The notes: a model not told the origin generated them from the sequence alone. Positions 27,088 through 40,950 are shown, counted from the stretch's first letter. The stretch is 64,000 bases of DNA from Callorhinchus milii (GCF_018977255.1 NW_024704742.1:106890001-106954000), one strand, 5' to 3'. Numbers and translations are program-made.

Positions 27088-27296
27088 TAATAATAATAAT
27101 AACCCTTGCATTTGATATAGCGCTTTTCACATCGGGAGGACGTCCCAAAGTGCTTCACAGAATATACTGCAAAGTGAATTGACTGTATATTTGTGGGCGA
27201 ACGCGGCAGCCAATTGCGCACAGCAATGTCCCACAAACAGTCGTAGATTGAAAATGACCAACTTATTATTGTTTTGTTTTTTTGGAGGGATTATTA
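27088..27296 (-). mobile_element. Young tRNA-SINE, 3' part (preceded by an orphan L2 tail at 27005-27065)
   Basis: Near-identical to 17624-17840. Confidence 0.9.
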
Positions 27297-27967
27297 AGAC
27301 TTTTAACTTTTCCTTTTCAATTCTGGTTTGTTTCTCACGTTACATTTTTTTTACTGTCATGCAGTTAGTCTTACTTTTCTTTCATAATTTCTAGTGTTTT
27401 TCTTTCCTCTACTATTATTTTGTTAAACAGGTAATGCAAAGAAAATCTATTGTTAATCAGACTACAAAATGCACATTCCAATTGGTATTCTTTATCCCTT
27501 CCTTGGAATTTAGGGAATTGTTGAATACAAGAGTACATTTCCATTTAAAACTCCCCAGATAAAATAATATTTTCCTTTCACCCCCAGGAATCACAATGTA
27601 TGAAGGGGCAGTTCGGATGTATCATGTGCATGAAATCAGTCAACTATCTCCTCTATCACCAGCGATTCTCTATAACTGAATTATATCAAATTAAAATGGT
27701 AGCATTAGATATCTTCCAAGTATGCTAACCCACTCATTTGAAATTATTTTTGGTTAATATTTAAGAATACGATAATAATATATCTTTATATAGCAAAGCA
27801 ACAAATATCAAATGCAAGGATTATTTATTCAGCTTGAAAGAGTCTTCTCTGCTTAGCAATTTAATTTTGCTGGGGTGAAGTTCCCAAGATCCTATGTCTA
27901 TGGAGGAGCGGTAAAATCCTCCCCTGAGGACTTCACTTCTTGATCAGCGGGCACCCCCCAGGCTCCA

Positions 27968-28002
27968 GAGGAAGTCACAAACGATAAGTTTGTGACTTCC
28001 TC
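27968..28002. repeat. Perfect 15-bp hairpin
   Basis: gaggaagtcacaaac-gataa-gtttgtgacttcctc. Confidence 0.9.
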
Positions 28003-28379
28003 CCCAGAAATCTAGACTCAAATAAACCCTCCAGAGTTCAGTGTGTTCTTTGAGGCACAACTTGTTAATGTTTTAAACAATTAAGGAGAAATGTAGGAAT
28101 GGAGTATCAAGACTCAAAGAGTTCCTGTGCCTTCACCAGTCAAATGAACTCCTATATTTCATGGCTTTCAATTCCCTCTCTCTAGGAGCTCCAATTTGGT
28201 TCAAGTTCAACTGAAATTGAGCCCAAATATTTGACACTCACAAATAAAACAGAATAAAACTGATATGTGCCCGTACCTGCACAAGCAAAGAAGGCTCTGC
28301 ACTTGTCCATGTAGCTTTTTTCAAGTCTCTGTCATCCCTTCAGCTCTGAGGCTTGTGTAAACCTTGACCTGGAAGCCCA

Positions 28380-28910
28380 TCACTGTGCTTAACAGTATCC
28401 AAACTGAGAATCCCATGCATCCCACCTCCGTGTGAAGATTCCAGAGATAGATTGCTGGAATGTAAGGTGCACTCCCTACCTGGAGGGATGCTTACCTAGT
28501 TCCGGAAAGTATTAGGCGCAGGTTGGCAGGACCCAAGGCTTAGCGATCCTATGGTGTGCGTTGGGGCACTGCTGGAGTCTAAAACCGCACAGCTTGCCAT
28601 TGATAGCACTGTCTGTCAAGCGTTCCTGCTTCTTGTCCAGCTGGGACCACGCTACCCATTAGGCTTTGGCTTGCAGGATTAACAGGAGCTGAGTGGGAGG
28701 ATGCCCTGCCCCCAGTGCTTGGTCTGCCCTTCCAGGTCCTGCCGTTGAGCCTCGCTGTGCTTTCATCAGCAGTGCCCTGGAATATTGCAGACCCGCCTGG
28801 TTCAGGCACCGCACTACCGAGACCGCCACAAAAGGCTGACTCAATTCTGATATTCCGTTGCCAAACACGTCACCTTGGAAGCAGTTCAGCTCCAAGGAGA
28901 CCCCGCTTAC
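28380..28910 (-). mobile_element. Dispersed ~550-bp repeat, probably derived from a Hero-like RLE non-LTR retrotransposon
   Basis: Homologous to 47455-48000 and 57255-58140. The minus strand encodes TEVGCMGF at 28431-28408. Confidence 0.6.
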
Positions 28911-29098
28911 CTGCCCCCCCATGGAGGATAAGAGATAGTGAGCTCGGGTACACAGAGAACATAGTAATGTATTGCATTTGGTCTACAGTAATTATTATTA
29001 TTATTATTGGTAAAGAATTAAATTCAGCCATTTTTAACATTTCAAAATCGTTCTACAATTTTCATAATAACTAGATCACCCCTGACCAACCCTTTTTA

Positions 29099-29401
29099 AA
29101 TAATAATAATAATCCTTGCATTTGATATAGCGCTTTTCACGTCTTCTCGACGTCTCAAAGCGCTTCACAGAATAGACTGTAAAGTGGATTGACCGTATAT
29201 TTGTGGGCGAAACGCGGCAGCCAATAACGCACCGCAATGTCCCACAAACAGTCGTGGATTGAAAATGACCAATTTATTTTTGTTTTGTAGAGATTATTAT
29301 TAGGCGTGCGGAGTAAGGAAACTTGCCCAAGGTTTCACCCTGCCTAGAATTGAACCCAGGTGTCTCGCTTGCAAGGCAAGTGCTCTAACCACTGGGCTAC
29401 A
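29099..29401 (-). mobile_element. Near full-length tRNA(Ala-TGC)-derived SINE
   Basis: Reverse complement of 51441-51748. Confidence 0.9.
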
Positions 29402-30866
29402 AATTTGTTAACAAATGATGTTAAACAACTTCTGCCGATTTTTCAGAATAATAGCGACCACAGAATAGTTACAGGGAATATCTGCCATTTAGTTGAAGTC
29501 AATATAACTCCGATTATATTTTTGCAATAAACCAGTCTGAAAAATGTAAATCTAGAGACAAAGAGAAAAAATGGAAAAAACAGAGAATGTAAATAAAAAT
29601 ACAGTACCAGAGGAAAGAAAAATTCTGAAATTCTGAAAGAAAAATAAGATTAACTAGGCAGCAGGCAGCAAAAAGATGAAAGGTGAGAAACAAACCAGAA
29701 TGGAAAAGTTAAAAGTAATTGAAAGCAGGGGATTAAAATCCCCCAAAACAACAATTTGCATTTATTCAGCGCCCTTCAAGCGGGGTAGAGTCTCAAATAT
29801 ATGTAAAAATGATATTTAGAAAGCTAAAGAAAGTTGGGGGGAAAAGAGAGGGGTGTAATTATTGCATCAGGAAAACAAACCTGGCATTAGAAGAAAACGG
29901 CTTTTGTCTTTTGGTAGCCAGAGATAAAGGAACAATTCAGGTACTGTGATTCCGCAACCTAATTTGAGGTATGGTACTGCATTATCAGATAGATCTAATG
30001 GCCAGTGAATTCTCAAGATCATTCTCTTCCACGAACAGAATTCAGACAATTGGTGATGAATAATATTAGATAAATCCGTTATCAGAATTCAATGCAAAAT
30101 GAGATTCACACTTCACCTGATAGCATTATGTCAGACATCTCCCGCTCAGCAGGTGCTGTAAATTAACAGGAATCATAAAAGGAAAGCAAGATGAACTGAA
30201 AGAGCAGAAAGATGGAACGTGGAACGTGGGAGAGGAAGGGCAAGCCAAATGAAAAAAAACATTAAAAAGGAAAAGGTAAGATGTGAAAGGCAGCCAGGAA
30301 TCACCAGGGTGGGATGGGGCGGGGGGGCTATTTCTACCATAATACCACAATGCTTGTTCAGGGAAATACCCAGTTTGTTCCACTAATGAGGGAGATCTCT
30401 CTAATTTGCTCTGTCGTCTCCAAATTATTAACTGTTCTTCACATACGAAACTGGATAGTTTCAATAAGCGCTCCGGGACGCTGCCCCACATGAAGGGCGC
30501 TATATAAATGCAAGTTATTGTTTTGTTGCTGTTGGATCTTATTGCCATCCACTGTACACACTCCATAACCATACTGGTGATGGAGAGGTCGACATGTACT
30601 AACTTGTGTGTAAGTAAAGCATTCTAATGGTACTGAGGAATAATGGGCTTATTCTCTCTCATTCATGAGAATAGCAAAAGCTGACCATTACTAGCCATTG
30701 CAATTAAACATTGTTACCAAATCCACTGGACAGGTTGTCTCATGAATAGGAGACTCAACTCTTCACTGCCTGGGGCAGTTCAGGCCAATTCAGAGAGCAA
30801 TAATGTACAAGCTGATAGAGGGCCTCATTCACACTGCCCTGGTTGTGGTGAATGCCTAGCCAAGAC

Positions 30867-30985
30867 CAGTGGTTCTCAAACAATTTTTTTTGGTGGCCGC
30901 AGTGTGCAGTCGCCAACACTTACTGATGCCCGCAGTGCAAACTGTCGTAATCTGCATTACTTTCCCCCTTCTCGAGCCAAGCGGT
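30867..30985. mobile_element. hAT MITE half-copy
   Basis: Begins with the TIR CAGTGGTTCTCAAAC. It is an inverted homolog of 32100-32216. Confidence 0.7.
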
Positions 30986-31907
30986 CGAGGAAAGCTTCTA
31001 TGATTTAAAAACATTTAAAAATATGTAGCAAAGTAAAGTGAGGATCTCTCCTTCCTGAGAAATAATCTATCGATTTATTCTATTTTTAAGTTGAGTGAGA
31101 AGGGGAATGAGAAGCAAACAGTTAAAATGTGATAATTACCAAATGCCTGGATATATTCATATACTGTATTGCTGCACGCTGAAAATCAATTGCAATGCAA
31201 TGTAATGCAAAAGGCAGTGAAAATTGGTTTCCTTTCACTCTGTGCAAATCAAGCCCAATGGTCACTGATCCAGAACTATTAATGAAAACATCTTCGACAC
31301 CAGTCTGTTCTGCAGACACAATGATCCTAGCTAAGCTTTTCAAAGTGTAGTGTGCATTCCTCTTTATGTGCAACACAAATTAACTTCAGAGATTTTCATA
31401 AAATAAAACATGATTTTGGCACCCATTATGTAAATGTACAAGCTATATACCAGAACCAGAAAAAAAAATCAAAATTCACTTGTCTTTAATTCCATCATTC
31501 CATTCAATTTCCGTGCAGTGAACACTTGGGTATGTGGTGGCATTTGAGATCTAAGGAGCGCCTGGTTAAAATAAAGGGCTTTAATTGTAGAGCTTATTCT
31601 AAAGTTGCAACAGGCTTCTACAGCAAATTGGATAACTAACTAGGTATTAAATACTCTATCAATATTAAAATGTCTTGACTTTTCAAAATAATCTTTATAT
31701 TGTCATTTTTCAGCTGTATCCATTTCTATATAAGGTGCAGTACGAAATCAACCTTCTGCCAGGAGATCAATAACACCAGACTCTTCTCAACAACAACAGC
31801 TGTCATTTATATAGCAACCTTCATGCCGGACAGCGTCTTGGAATGCTTTTCATATATACCTGGAGCTTCTGAGTTACAAGGCCTCGCTCTTGTGCCTGTG
31901 TCTCGGC

Positions 31908-32216
31908 CAGCGTTTCTCAAATGTGGCCACACATATCATGTTATGCGGCCACGACAGCCCCCTGAGATGGTGGGTAGGGAGGAAAAGGAGAGTGTGTGGA
32001 GAGTACAACAGATGCCGGTCGGTTCCTGTAGTTCGAGTGCCCGTTGGGCTCAGCAGAGAGGTCAGCCAGAATATAGTTCTCCATCTGCCCCTGTGTGCCA
32101 GCTGGCTCGAGAAGCGGGGCAAGTCACGCAGATCACGGCAGGTCGCATTGCAGCCACCAGTAAGTGTTGGTGGCTGCACACTGAAACTACCAAAAAAAAT
32201 TGTTTGACAACCACTG
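31908..32216. mobile_element. hAT (Charlie-like) non-autonomous MITE
   Basis: TIRs cagcgtttctcaaa ... tttgacaaccactg. 8-bp TSD-like flanks gtctcggc (31900-31907) and gtctagac (32217-32224) fit the Charlie NTCTAGAN target preference. Confidence 0.8.
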
Positions 32217-35200
32217 GTCTAGACTAGGCACTCACCACAGGTCTGCTGCTGCACTGAGGCAGTCTGAATGAGGTCCTCGATCAGCTTGTACATATTACTC
32301 CCTGAATTGACCTGAGCTGCCCCAGCCATTAAAGAGTTGAATCCCCCCATTGATAGGACAACATACCCAGTGGAATTGTATAGCACCCTTCATGCCCAGA
32401 ACATCTACATTTTCAATCCAGTCATTTGGATTCTCCCCTCAGATAGAAGAAAGATATTTTGAATCCTACTTTACACATCAAAACATCCCCAAAGGCTTGG
32501 AGATAATTATTGTGAAGTGCAGATGACATTTTTTTGTAGGCAATCCTGTGCAGTTACCTTGCTAATTAGATAACGTTTGAAAAACGTCTGCTGAATCAAA
32601 TGCTCCTCTGAGGTATGATGAATCCTATAGAATTTCTCTCGTCTGGCTGCGACTCAGGACTGATTATGTAATTCCACCCAGACACCCTTGGCTGATTCCC
32701 ACAGAAAGGACTGATCCCGCAAAAACTTCCAGAATGGATTTTTTTTGTGAAGTATAGAATCTATTGCTGCTGCAATTTGAAATGGATAGTTTTGACTGCC
32801 AATTAACCTGACACCGAAAGCATTGATTATCCTCACTGTCAATCATTCACTTCTTGGTCAATAGTCAGCAGAAGTCTTGAACCTCCTCCTCAAACTCCCA
32901 GGAGCATTCTGAAGCCAAGCTGTATTCGAAGCTAACTATTGACTATAACTAACTTGAAGTCCCCAATGCTGACAACACTAGGTGCCAAAAGCCAAAGAAA
33001 TATTTTGATTCATCAGCAGCATCTGCAACTGCAAAGAGCTCCAAAAATCACTTGCTTGACTAATTTTACCATATTAATTAGCAGGTATTGAAAACGTACA
33101 CTAAGTTCTAAGTTAGGCACAAATACACTTAAATTCACTGATCTTGTGAAAACATAAGTTTTAATATTCATTTTAAAACTCTTGCATACTATCCGTGATT
33201 TTCCTTTGTAACAAGAGCTGTGATGCTGGAGTAAAGATTTAGAGGCAGAATACCACTGTGCAGAATTACAATACCGATTCACTGAGTGAATTTTTTCACT
33301 TTACAATTTCTTGTTACAATCACTGTGACAAGATGCTGCCTGACATAAGGCCTGAAGGTGTAAAGATTCCACAGTACAGTATCTGCAGCATTATTGGATT
33401 TTTTCTGGGCAATGAGAAACAGGAACATTCATTCATTGAAAAAAGGATTTAAAAAAAAAATTGACATTAATATTCAGTGCTGCCCTGCAATCTTGTTCTC
33501 ACAGAAAACATTAGGAAATAATTTCAACCCTGTTGTGTTTTCCAATAATTTTATAATCATCAGGGGGAAAAACGCACATTTTCCTCCATGCATTCAGATG
33601 GGGACATCTTTAGCACTTAGTTTTACTCGAAGCCAGAACAATATACTTATAAAAACTGTCAAACTATAAATTAGTGCAACATTGCCACAGCACTTGCACT
33701 GGATTTCAGTCGCGTGTGCTCAACAAAGCATGGGCTATATTTACCAAGTAAAGAAGAAATGCTGTCTATTTATTGGTAATTAAATGAACTTTACACAATG
33801 CTGACACAAAGCAAATAATCTATTAAGGTACATGAAAACTATTCACTCTGTCTTCTGGGTGCACAGAATGAGGCACCCCTGACATGTTTAAAAAATGCAG
33901 ACTTAAAATTAAACCTTGTTTCAGAATTATTGACTTTTGATTTTGTTTTTATTGAAATACCCTCAAAGACTCCAGTGTTTCACAAATATTTTCTTCTCCC
34001 CTATAGGGAAAGTGCAGACTGCCAGAGAACCTGGTGCTTCATTTAATAAGTGAAGAGCAACATGTGAGACACATTCTTTTGTTCAGCATTAATTTAGATT
34101 GATTTTTTGTGCTATTTAATCTCTTCTACAGTAACACTTTGGCATCATACTGATATAAAAAATTGCCAGAGATATAAAATTTATGACATGGATAAATAAT
34201 AATATACACATTTGAATATAAATACTTCACAAAGATACTTCACAAAAGGTACTTTACAAAAGGTACTTTATGGAATGCACAAATTTGCAAGAGATAAATA
34301 ATACACCTGTCCCCATTTAAAAAACAAAATTAACACACAGCAACCTACAAAAACTCCAGCTGCATTGAAACATCAGTAAGGGAACTCAAGTCACATTGAT
34401 TCTGTCACCAACTCCACGTCTCTGCTTTGCTAACAAAAGAACCTGATGCCCCAAAAGCCAATTCTGCTTTTTCACCAGTTACGAGGTCTCCGGGTTGTAA
34501 AGCGCACACAAAACATTTCTCTGTGCCTTTTAATGCTCTCCTTTATGCATCAGCAAGTAGAATGGAGAATTGTATCCAAGAGCTACATACAATTACTGTA
34601 TTTAAAAAACAAATTCTCAGAAAGGAATTATGCATAAAGCACTTACACTGTGAAAAGGATGCATTCTGTTCAGAAAGAAGCAACACCCAAGTGTGATAGA
34701 GATGGCTGTGGAACTGTCGCATCCTTTGAGGCGAGTGAGTCATTGTAGTGTGGATGCTGTGCATCAGACCTACATTCTCACTGACATCATCACCGCAGAC
34801 TTAGCTGCAGAAGCAGCTATGGCAACCGTGCACTGTGAGACAGAAGCCTTTAATTGTTTTAACAACTTCCCAGGTCTTCAGTCATTGAACTCCAATTCGC
34901 TGTGCAGGAAACGAAGCCCCAGCCTCGCTGTCTTCCAGTCTGTGGATGTGACACTGAGCAGGCTTGATTCAATAAAACTTGGCTGTATTAATTACAGGCT
35001 AACAAATGACTGATAAAAGTCATGACTAATACATATCAGTGTAATTCTTCTGAGATGAAAAAGTGTCATTGAAGAACAAGGTAACTGTCTAAATGCGCAT
35101 TAACCCTGCAGTTTATGAATTAGTCCTTCAACAAATGATCCCAGGCTTACATTTTCAGTTTTAATATCTTATCTGACATTCAATGCCCACAAATACATAG

Positions 35201-35744
35201 TGACTACACGTCACCGTAAAATCCTGTGAAGGGCTTTGAGACGTTCTGGAGGCATGATAACAACACCTTGCACTTATATAGCGCCTTCCATGCAGGGTAA
35301 CGTCTCAGAGCATTTAACAGTGGTGGAGCCTGACATCAAGCCATGGAGGAGGGAGGTCACCATAAGCACAGTCGAAGAGGAAGGTTTTCAGGCAGGACTT
35401 GGAAAATGGGAGAGAGGGGGCAAGGAGGAGGGATTGAGAGAAAGTGTTCCAGTGTTTCGGGGCGTGGCTGAAAGTGTGACCGGAGGTGGAAGAAGGTGGT
35501 CCTGGTCAGGGACCAGGTGTGGGGGAGGAAGGACAGCTGAGAGTCGAACCGGACGCCTAGATTGCGGATTGGTTCGGTGAGTGTGAGAGAGAGCCCAGTG
35601 ACAAGTTTACACCAATGATAAGGCGCTATACCAGATGCAAGGGTTATTTTTTATTATTTAGTAATTTCACTTGCCTCCAATTCAGTTGATACAACTTTGT
35701 GAAATGTTAACCAGTGAATTTTCTTTTGAAAGTGAACGGTTTAA

Positions 35745-36175
35745 TAATAATAATTCTTACATTTGGCACAACGCCTTTCATGTAGTTAATACATCTCAAA
35801 GCGCTTCACGGGATGTATTGTAGAGTGGATTGACTGTGTAGTTTGTGGGTGAAATGCAGCAGCCAGTTGTGTACAGCAATGCCTCAGAAACAGCCATGGA
35901 GCGAGTAATCAATTTTATTTGCTGAAATTGTTGACCAGGACACTGGGAGAAACTCCTTTTTCTTTTTGAATAGTGCCATGGGATCTTTAGCAGCCACCTG
36001 AACAGGCAGACAGAACCTCGATCTCATCCAAATGATGGCACGTCTGATAATGCAACACACACCCAGTACTGCATAATGTCAACTTAGACTATGCGATTCC
36101 AAGTCCCGCCATATGTCTTGAAGCCACAGACTTCTGACTCAGAGGTGAGAGTCCTGCCACTACGCCGGGCTGACA
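35745..36175 (-). mobile_element. Near full-length Deu-domain SINE
   Basis: Tail aataataattcttacatttg, core tagtgccatgggatcttta, head ttctgactcagaggtgagagt. Confidence 0.8.
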
Positions 36176-36819
36176 CACAATATCACCAGTGTTAATGTAA
36201 TTTTTCACAGATCAAATCAGTACTGCGCACAAGGTTATACCAGTGATTCCCATTAAAGCAAACTCTCATTTATCTTTGAATGTTCACTTGAAGGTTAACA
36301 TTTTTGAAATCCTGAGGGTAACTACTTTGACTCCCGATTAAAGATCCCTCGAATCACCTACACCAGTATTTCACAACCAGTCTAAGAACAGCAGCAGTAC
36401 GTGGGTGGACGCCAGTGTGCGATAACCTTATGGCCAGTGCATGCCAAAAAACGCTTTAGATTTAGTGATTTGGCAGGCTCATTTACTGAGATCTACTGAT
36501 AGGGTTGATTCATTTCCCAACTTTAATGAAAGATATACTATTCTAACATACAGTACACGTAATTGGCATATACTACGGTACTTAAATTTTGTAATTGATT
36601 TCATTCAAATGGTTAATTTTATGATTGATTCAATTTCCTATTTCTGCTTTGCATTATTTTGCAAGAAAAGCATGCCAATATCATAGGATGAGTAGAAAAA
36701 CAATAGGTGAACTTTTGAGCACGTGAATTAACCCAATTATAGGGGATTGTTAGCCACTGGAAGAACTTCAGTTTTCAAGTAGTGACATGAGTTTCTACTC
36801 GTTTTCAAATCCCTTCATG

Positions 36820-37138
36820 CCCTCACACCTCCCCACCTATTCGATTTTACCCCCCACCCACCACCAGCTGCCTCCAATCGGCTGGCTCCAGCCTCCCGTT
36901 CGTCCCTCGTCCCCTTCCACGTGGCTTCAACTACTGTGCCCTGAAATTCTGGAACTCTCTCTCGCTCAATCCCTCCGCCTTGCCCCCTCCCACCCCACCT
37001 TCAAAGCCCGCCTAAAGACCTTCCTTTTTGATCGTATTTACGGTAATTTGCCCCTCCCTCTCCCCCTAGCTCGTTGTCAGACTCCGCCACTGTTAAGCAC
37101 TACCTTAGTGAAGGGCGCTATATAAATGCAAGTTGTTG
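36820..37138 (+). mobile_element. Old L2 3' end
   Basis: Translates QSLRLAPSHPTFKARLKTFLF. Tail gaagggcgctatataaatgcaagttgttg. Confidence 0.8.
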
Positions 37139-37159
37139 ATCTTGTACAAGTTCTTTCAC

Positions 37160-38290
37160 ATTCACGTGAACAAGCAGACGGGACCTTGATTTAATGTCTC
37201 ATTCAAAGGACATCTCACGCTCCACTGGCATTGCATGAAATATCAGCCTAGACTAGGAGCTAAAAATCTCAGCATGGTACTTGAACCCACAAGCTTCTCA
37301 CTCAAAGGTAAGAGTACTACACGTTTCAAGCCCCAAGTAGGTACAAAGAAGACTATGGGGAAGTGGTCAGTCTAGGCTGACATAAGGTGCTGGAGGAACG
37401 CTGCATCGTCAGGTGTCAAACTTCCGATGAGAAAATAAACCCAGTTCCTGTCTGCCTGTTCAGCTGGACATTGAAGATCCCATGGCATTATTTGAAAAGA
37501 GGGCATTTCTCCCGTGTATCCTGACCAACTATCGCCAGATTTAAAAAAGGTCACTTATTTTGTGGCTGCTTGTGGGGCATTCCAGTACGCAAACCGGCTG
37601 CCTCATTTTCCCACAAATGCACTTTACAGAAAAACTGCAGCGCATTGAGGTCATTTGGATTATTATTCAGACATTTTCTTGATCACAGCAGCACAGGAAA
37701 TGTGTCCCACTGCGTTACCTGATGATCTGTGTAAAGTGATTTCTATTGATCTTAATCTGAATCAAAAATGCATCTTCTTTTTTAAACTATATTTGTTCTG
37801 TATTTTAAAACAGGGAAACATGGTGGAACCAACTAATCAATGCTGGGTCAAAATGCTGTGGGTTCAAGTCACAGATCAAGACTTAAAGTCATAGTTCAGA
37901 CAGACACTCCAATGTAGTATTCAGCGAGCACTGTAGTATCAGAGGTGGCACCTTTCAGGTGAGCTGATAGTCTACGCTGATATTTCAGTGCAATCCTGAT
38001 GGATTCCTGATGCAATCTTTGGATGAGACATTAAATCAAGTTCCCGTCTGCATATTTTTCAGGTGAACTAACAATGCCATGACAGAATTCAATAAGCGAA
38101 TGGAGTTTCTCCCAGTGTCCTGCCAGCAATCCTCTGGATGAATTAACCATTCACATCATGGCTGTTTGTGTGTGCTTGCTGGTGCGAATGGCTGTCATGT
38201 TCTCTACAAAAACAGTCACTAAACTGAATATTAATTACATGTGAAGCAGTCAGACATTCCAACATAGTATGAAACCATAAAAGTGCAAAC
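37160..38290. mobile_element. Cluster of Deu-SINE fragments (37165-37320 minus; 37370-37650 plus; 37860-38290 plus)
   Basis: Repeated gtctgcctgttca...gatcccatggca and ctcccagtgtcctg motifs. Confidence 0.65.
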
Positions 38291-38889
38291 ACTTTATTTT
38301 TTCCCTTTAATATTTAGACAATGGGAAGACCTAATATGGTGGATATGTGATATTGGTTCAACTAATGGATTCTATTCTGCTAGTTTAGGAGAAATACCGT
38401 ATCCAACAGGTTATCTATATTGTGTAATGAATTGTAACTTAATATCCTGCCATGAATGAATTTCATTTTCAAAATACTGCATAAATATTTACTCTCCACA
38501 AACTAAGGAAGAAAATTAATTGTTATCTGGGTCCCCACTACTTCCCCTCCAGAATATTTGACTAGTATATCAGGACTGCCGAGTAATGGATATACTGTAT
38601 ACATTTCAGCATTTAAACTAAACTGCGCTATGTAAACATCAGCACATACAATAATTAGATTTAAGAAAATACAAATCATAGGAGGAGTTTAAAATTAAAA
38701 GCACTGAAAATGTACTCTTGGCAGCTCAGAAATTATTTGTTCCTGGTATTAGCTTAAATTGGGGCTATTATATACATTATGTTGGCTTTGTAAGTAAAAA
38801 AGAAAACTTTAGATTACAAATGGCACTGGAATTGTGATAAGACCAAAACAAAAGCATTTCCCAAAATACACATAAACTGTCGGATGATG

Positions 38890-39750
38890 TCCCCTTGATG
38901 ACATCATCCGCAGACGTGGGGTTAACTTCCACATGTATGTGGATGACACTCAACTCTATGTTTCTGCCTCCACCCTCAACTCCAGGACCACTGCTGTCCT
39001 GACAGTCTGTCTGTCGGACATCAAGTCCTGGATGAGGGCAAACTTCCTACAGTTGAATGTGAACAAGACTGAGGCTCTCCTGATTGGCTCCCACCAGCGC
39101 CTCTGCACCTCAGGCTCTGGCAGCATCAACCTCCATGGTTGCACAATTCAACTCACCGCCAGTCAGGAACCTGGGTGTCTTCTTTGACCCTCAACTGTCT
39201 TTTCTTCTCCACATTCAAGCCATAACCTGCTCTGCCTTCCCTCACCTCTGTAACATCGCCCGACTCCGCCATTACCTCACCCCTCAGGCCACTGAAACTC
39301 TTGTTCATGCCTTCATCACCTCCAGGGTCAACTATGCAAACTCCCTGCTTGTCAACCTTCCCAACTCCTCCCTCCACAGGCTGCAGATAATCCAGACCTC
39401 TGTAGCCCGTGTCCTCTCCCGCAACAAACTCCGTGACCCCATCTCCCCCACTCTCGCCCGGCTCTGGCCTGCTCCACGTCCCCCGACCCACCCGCCACAC
39501 CATTGGTGGGAGAGCCTTCAGCCACTTTGCCCCCAACCTCTGGAATTCCATCCCTCAGTCACTCCGCCTCGCCCCCTCCTTAGCCTCCTTCAAGTCCCGC
39601 CTCAAGACCCTCCTCTTCGACCATCCCATTGGCCACCGCCTTCCCCTCCTCCCGACCCCAGCTCGGGTCTGAAATGCTTACTCTGTCCAGCGCCTTGGGA
39701 CGTCCTCCCGATGTTAAAGGTGCTATACACATGTAATCTTGTTGTTATTG
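38890..39750 (+). mobile_element. L2 LINE 3' fragment, second subfamily, with an internal deletion
   Basis: Translates HMYVDDTQLY, LQLNVNKTE, VRNLGV.FD and SLRLAPSLASFKSRLKTLLF. L2 tail present. Confidence 0.92.
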
Positions 39751-40689
39751 TAAACAATGCTAGGAATTTTGAAACTTGACTTCAGTACTTCTAAGTCATT
39801 AGGGCTCAGCTAAACCCTTTAAGTATGACAAGATGATAAATTTTGTATGTTCATATGATGAACAGTTGTCCAGAGACAACAGATGAAAACTGCATAAATA
39901 CCCTCTACAACTACAATGCAAAAGGATTTTTACAGTAAATGAAACTGTGAAAGTTTAAAATTAAAATGTCTCCGGCCTTTTCAATCTACGAAGTACTGCA
40001 CTGAAATGACTCGTTTACCAAAAAAATGGACCAAACCCATAAAGTAGCACAGCAGGAACAGCTGCAAAAATTAAATGACTTTTTAAAGGTAAGATTCCAA
40101 TATTGGATTATTCTTTATACAAGGACTCTGTTGCCAGTTTCCCTTTGTGGCAGTGTACACGCACAAGAGCAAGAACAGCACTGCAGGGGAAAAACAAACT
40201 GAAATGCTGTGTGTGGGTGGATGACGACTTTTAATGGAGAGACAGCTCTCTTAAAGGAGGCATTTTTTTTCAAAAAAGCGACATCTCTCCAGAAGCTACG
40301 GTTTTCATTATACCTTCTTAGGAGGGGCTCGATCAACACTCCTTAAACTGGCTGATTCCATCTCCCCATTTCCATTAATGACGTGACATTAGTCATTCTA
40401 CTGGTATAGAGGCTGAGCTTGAGCAAGTAAACACAGCAATTTTCCACTGAGATTGATAGGAGGATAATCTATTTTTAAATCTTGTGTTTTTAAACAAAGG
40501 AAAAATATACGGAACAGCTGCATTCAATGAGACAAAAATTAACAACAAAGTGCAAAGTGCAGATAGATGTGACATGAATATGATCAAACACATTGCTGAA
40601 TGCAAACAAACTGTTGCAGATGGCATTAAATCGTATAACATTAAATATGCTGGCTCACAACTTCCCCTGACCTGGTGTGTAAAGGTAAA

Positions 40690-40950
40690 ACGTTAGGCCA
40701 CGCTAACCAGAAGCTCACTCGTTTAAATCGCAGCTGAATTAGCGACCTCAAACAGGCACTACAGTGGGAAACTGTAGGGGAAATCAGCTAAGCTCCACTC
40801 GTGATCGCTACGTGCAACCCCCTGGTAGTAGCTGTGCGTGTCTGGACAGGTTTGGGATTGACTGTGATGGCCCTACAGTTGATTCGCCCACTAACACTCA
40901 CTGTCACAGCTCACACAGTGGAATAGCAGCCACTTGGATGAGGGATCAGA
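40690..40950 (+). mobile_element. Ancient SINE-like dispersed repeat fragment (family uncertain)
   Basis: gctgaattagc...ggcactaca...tgatcgcta...ctgtgatg...aacactcactgtc..gctcacaca...gccacttggatgagg resembles an old chondrichthyan SINE body as I recall it. Weaker relatives at about 21240-21360. Confidence 0.4.
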
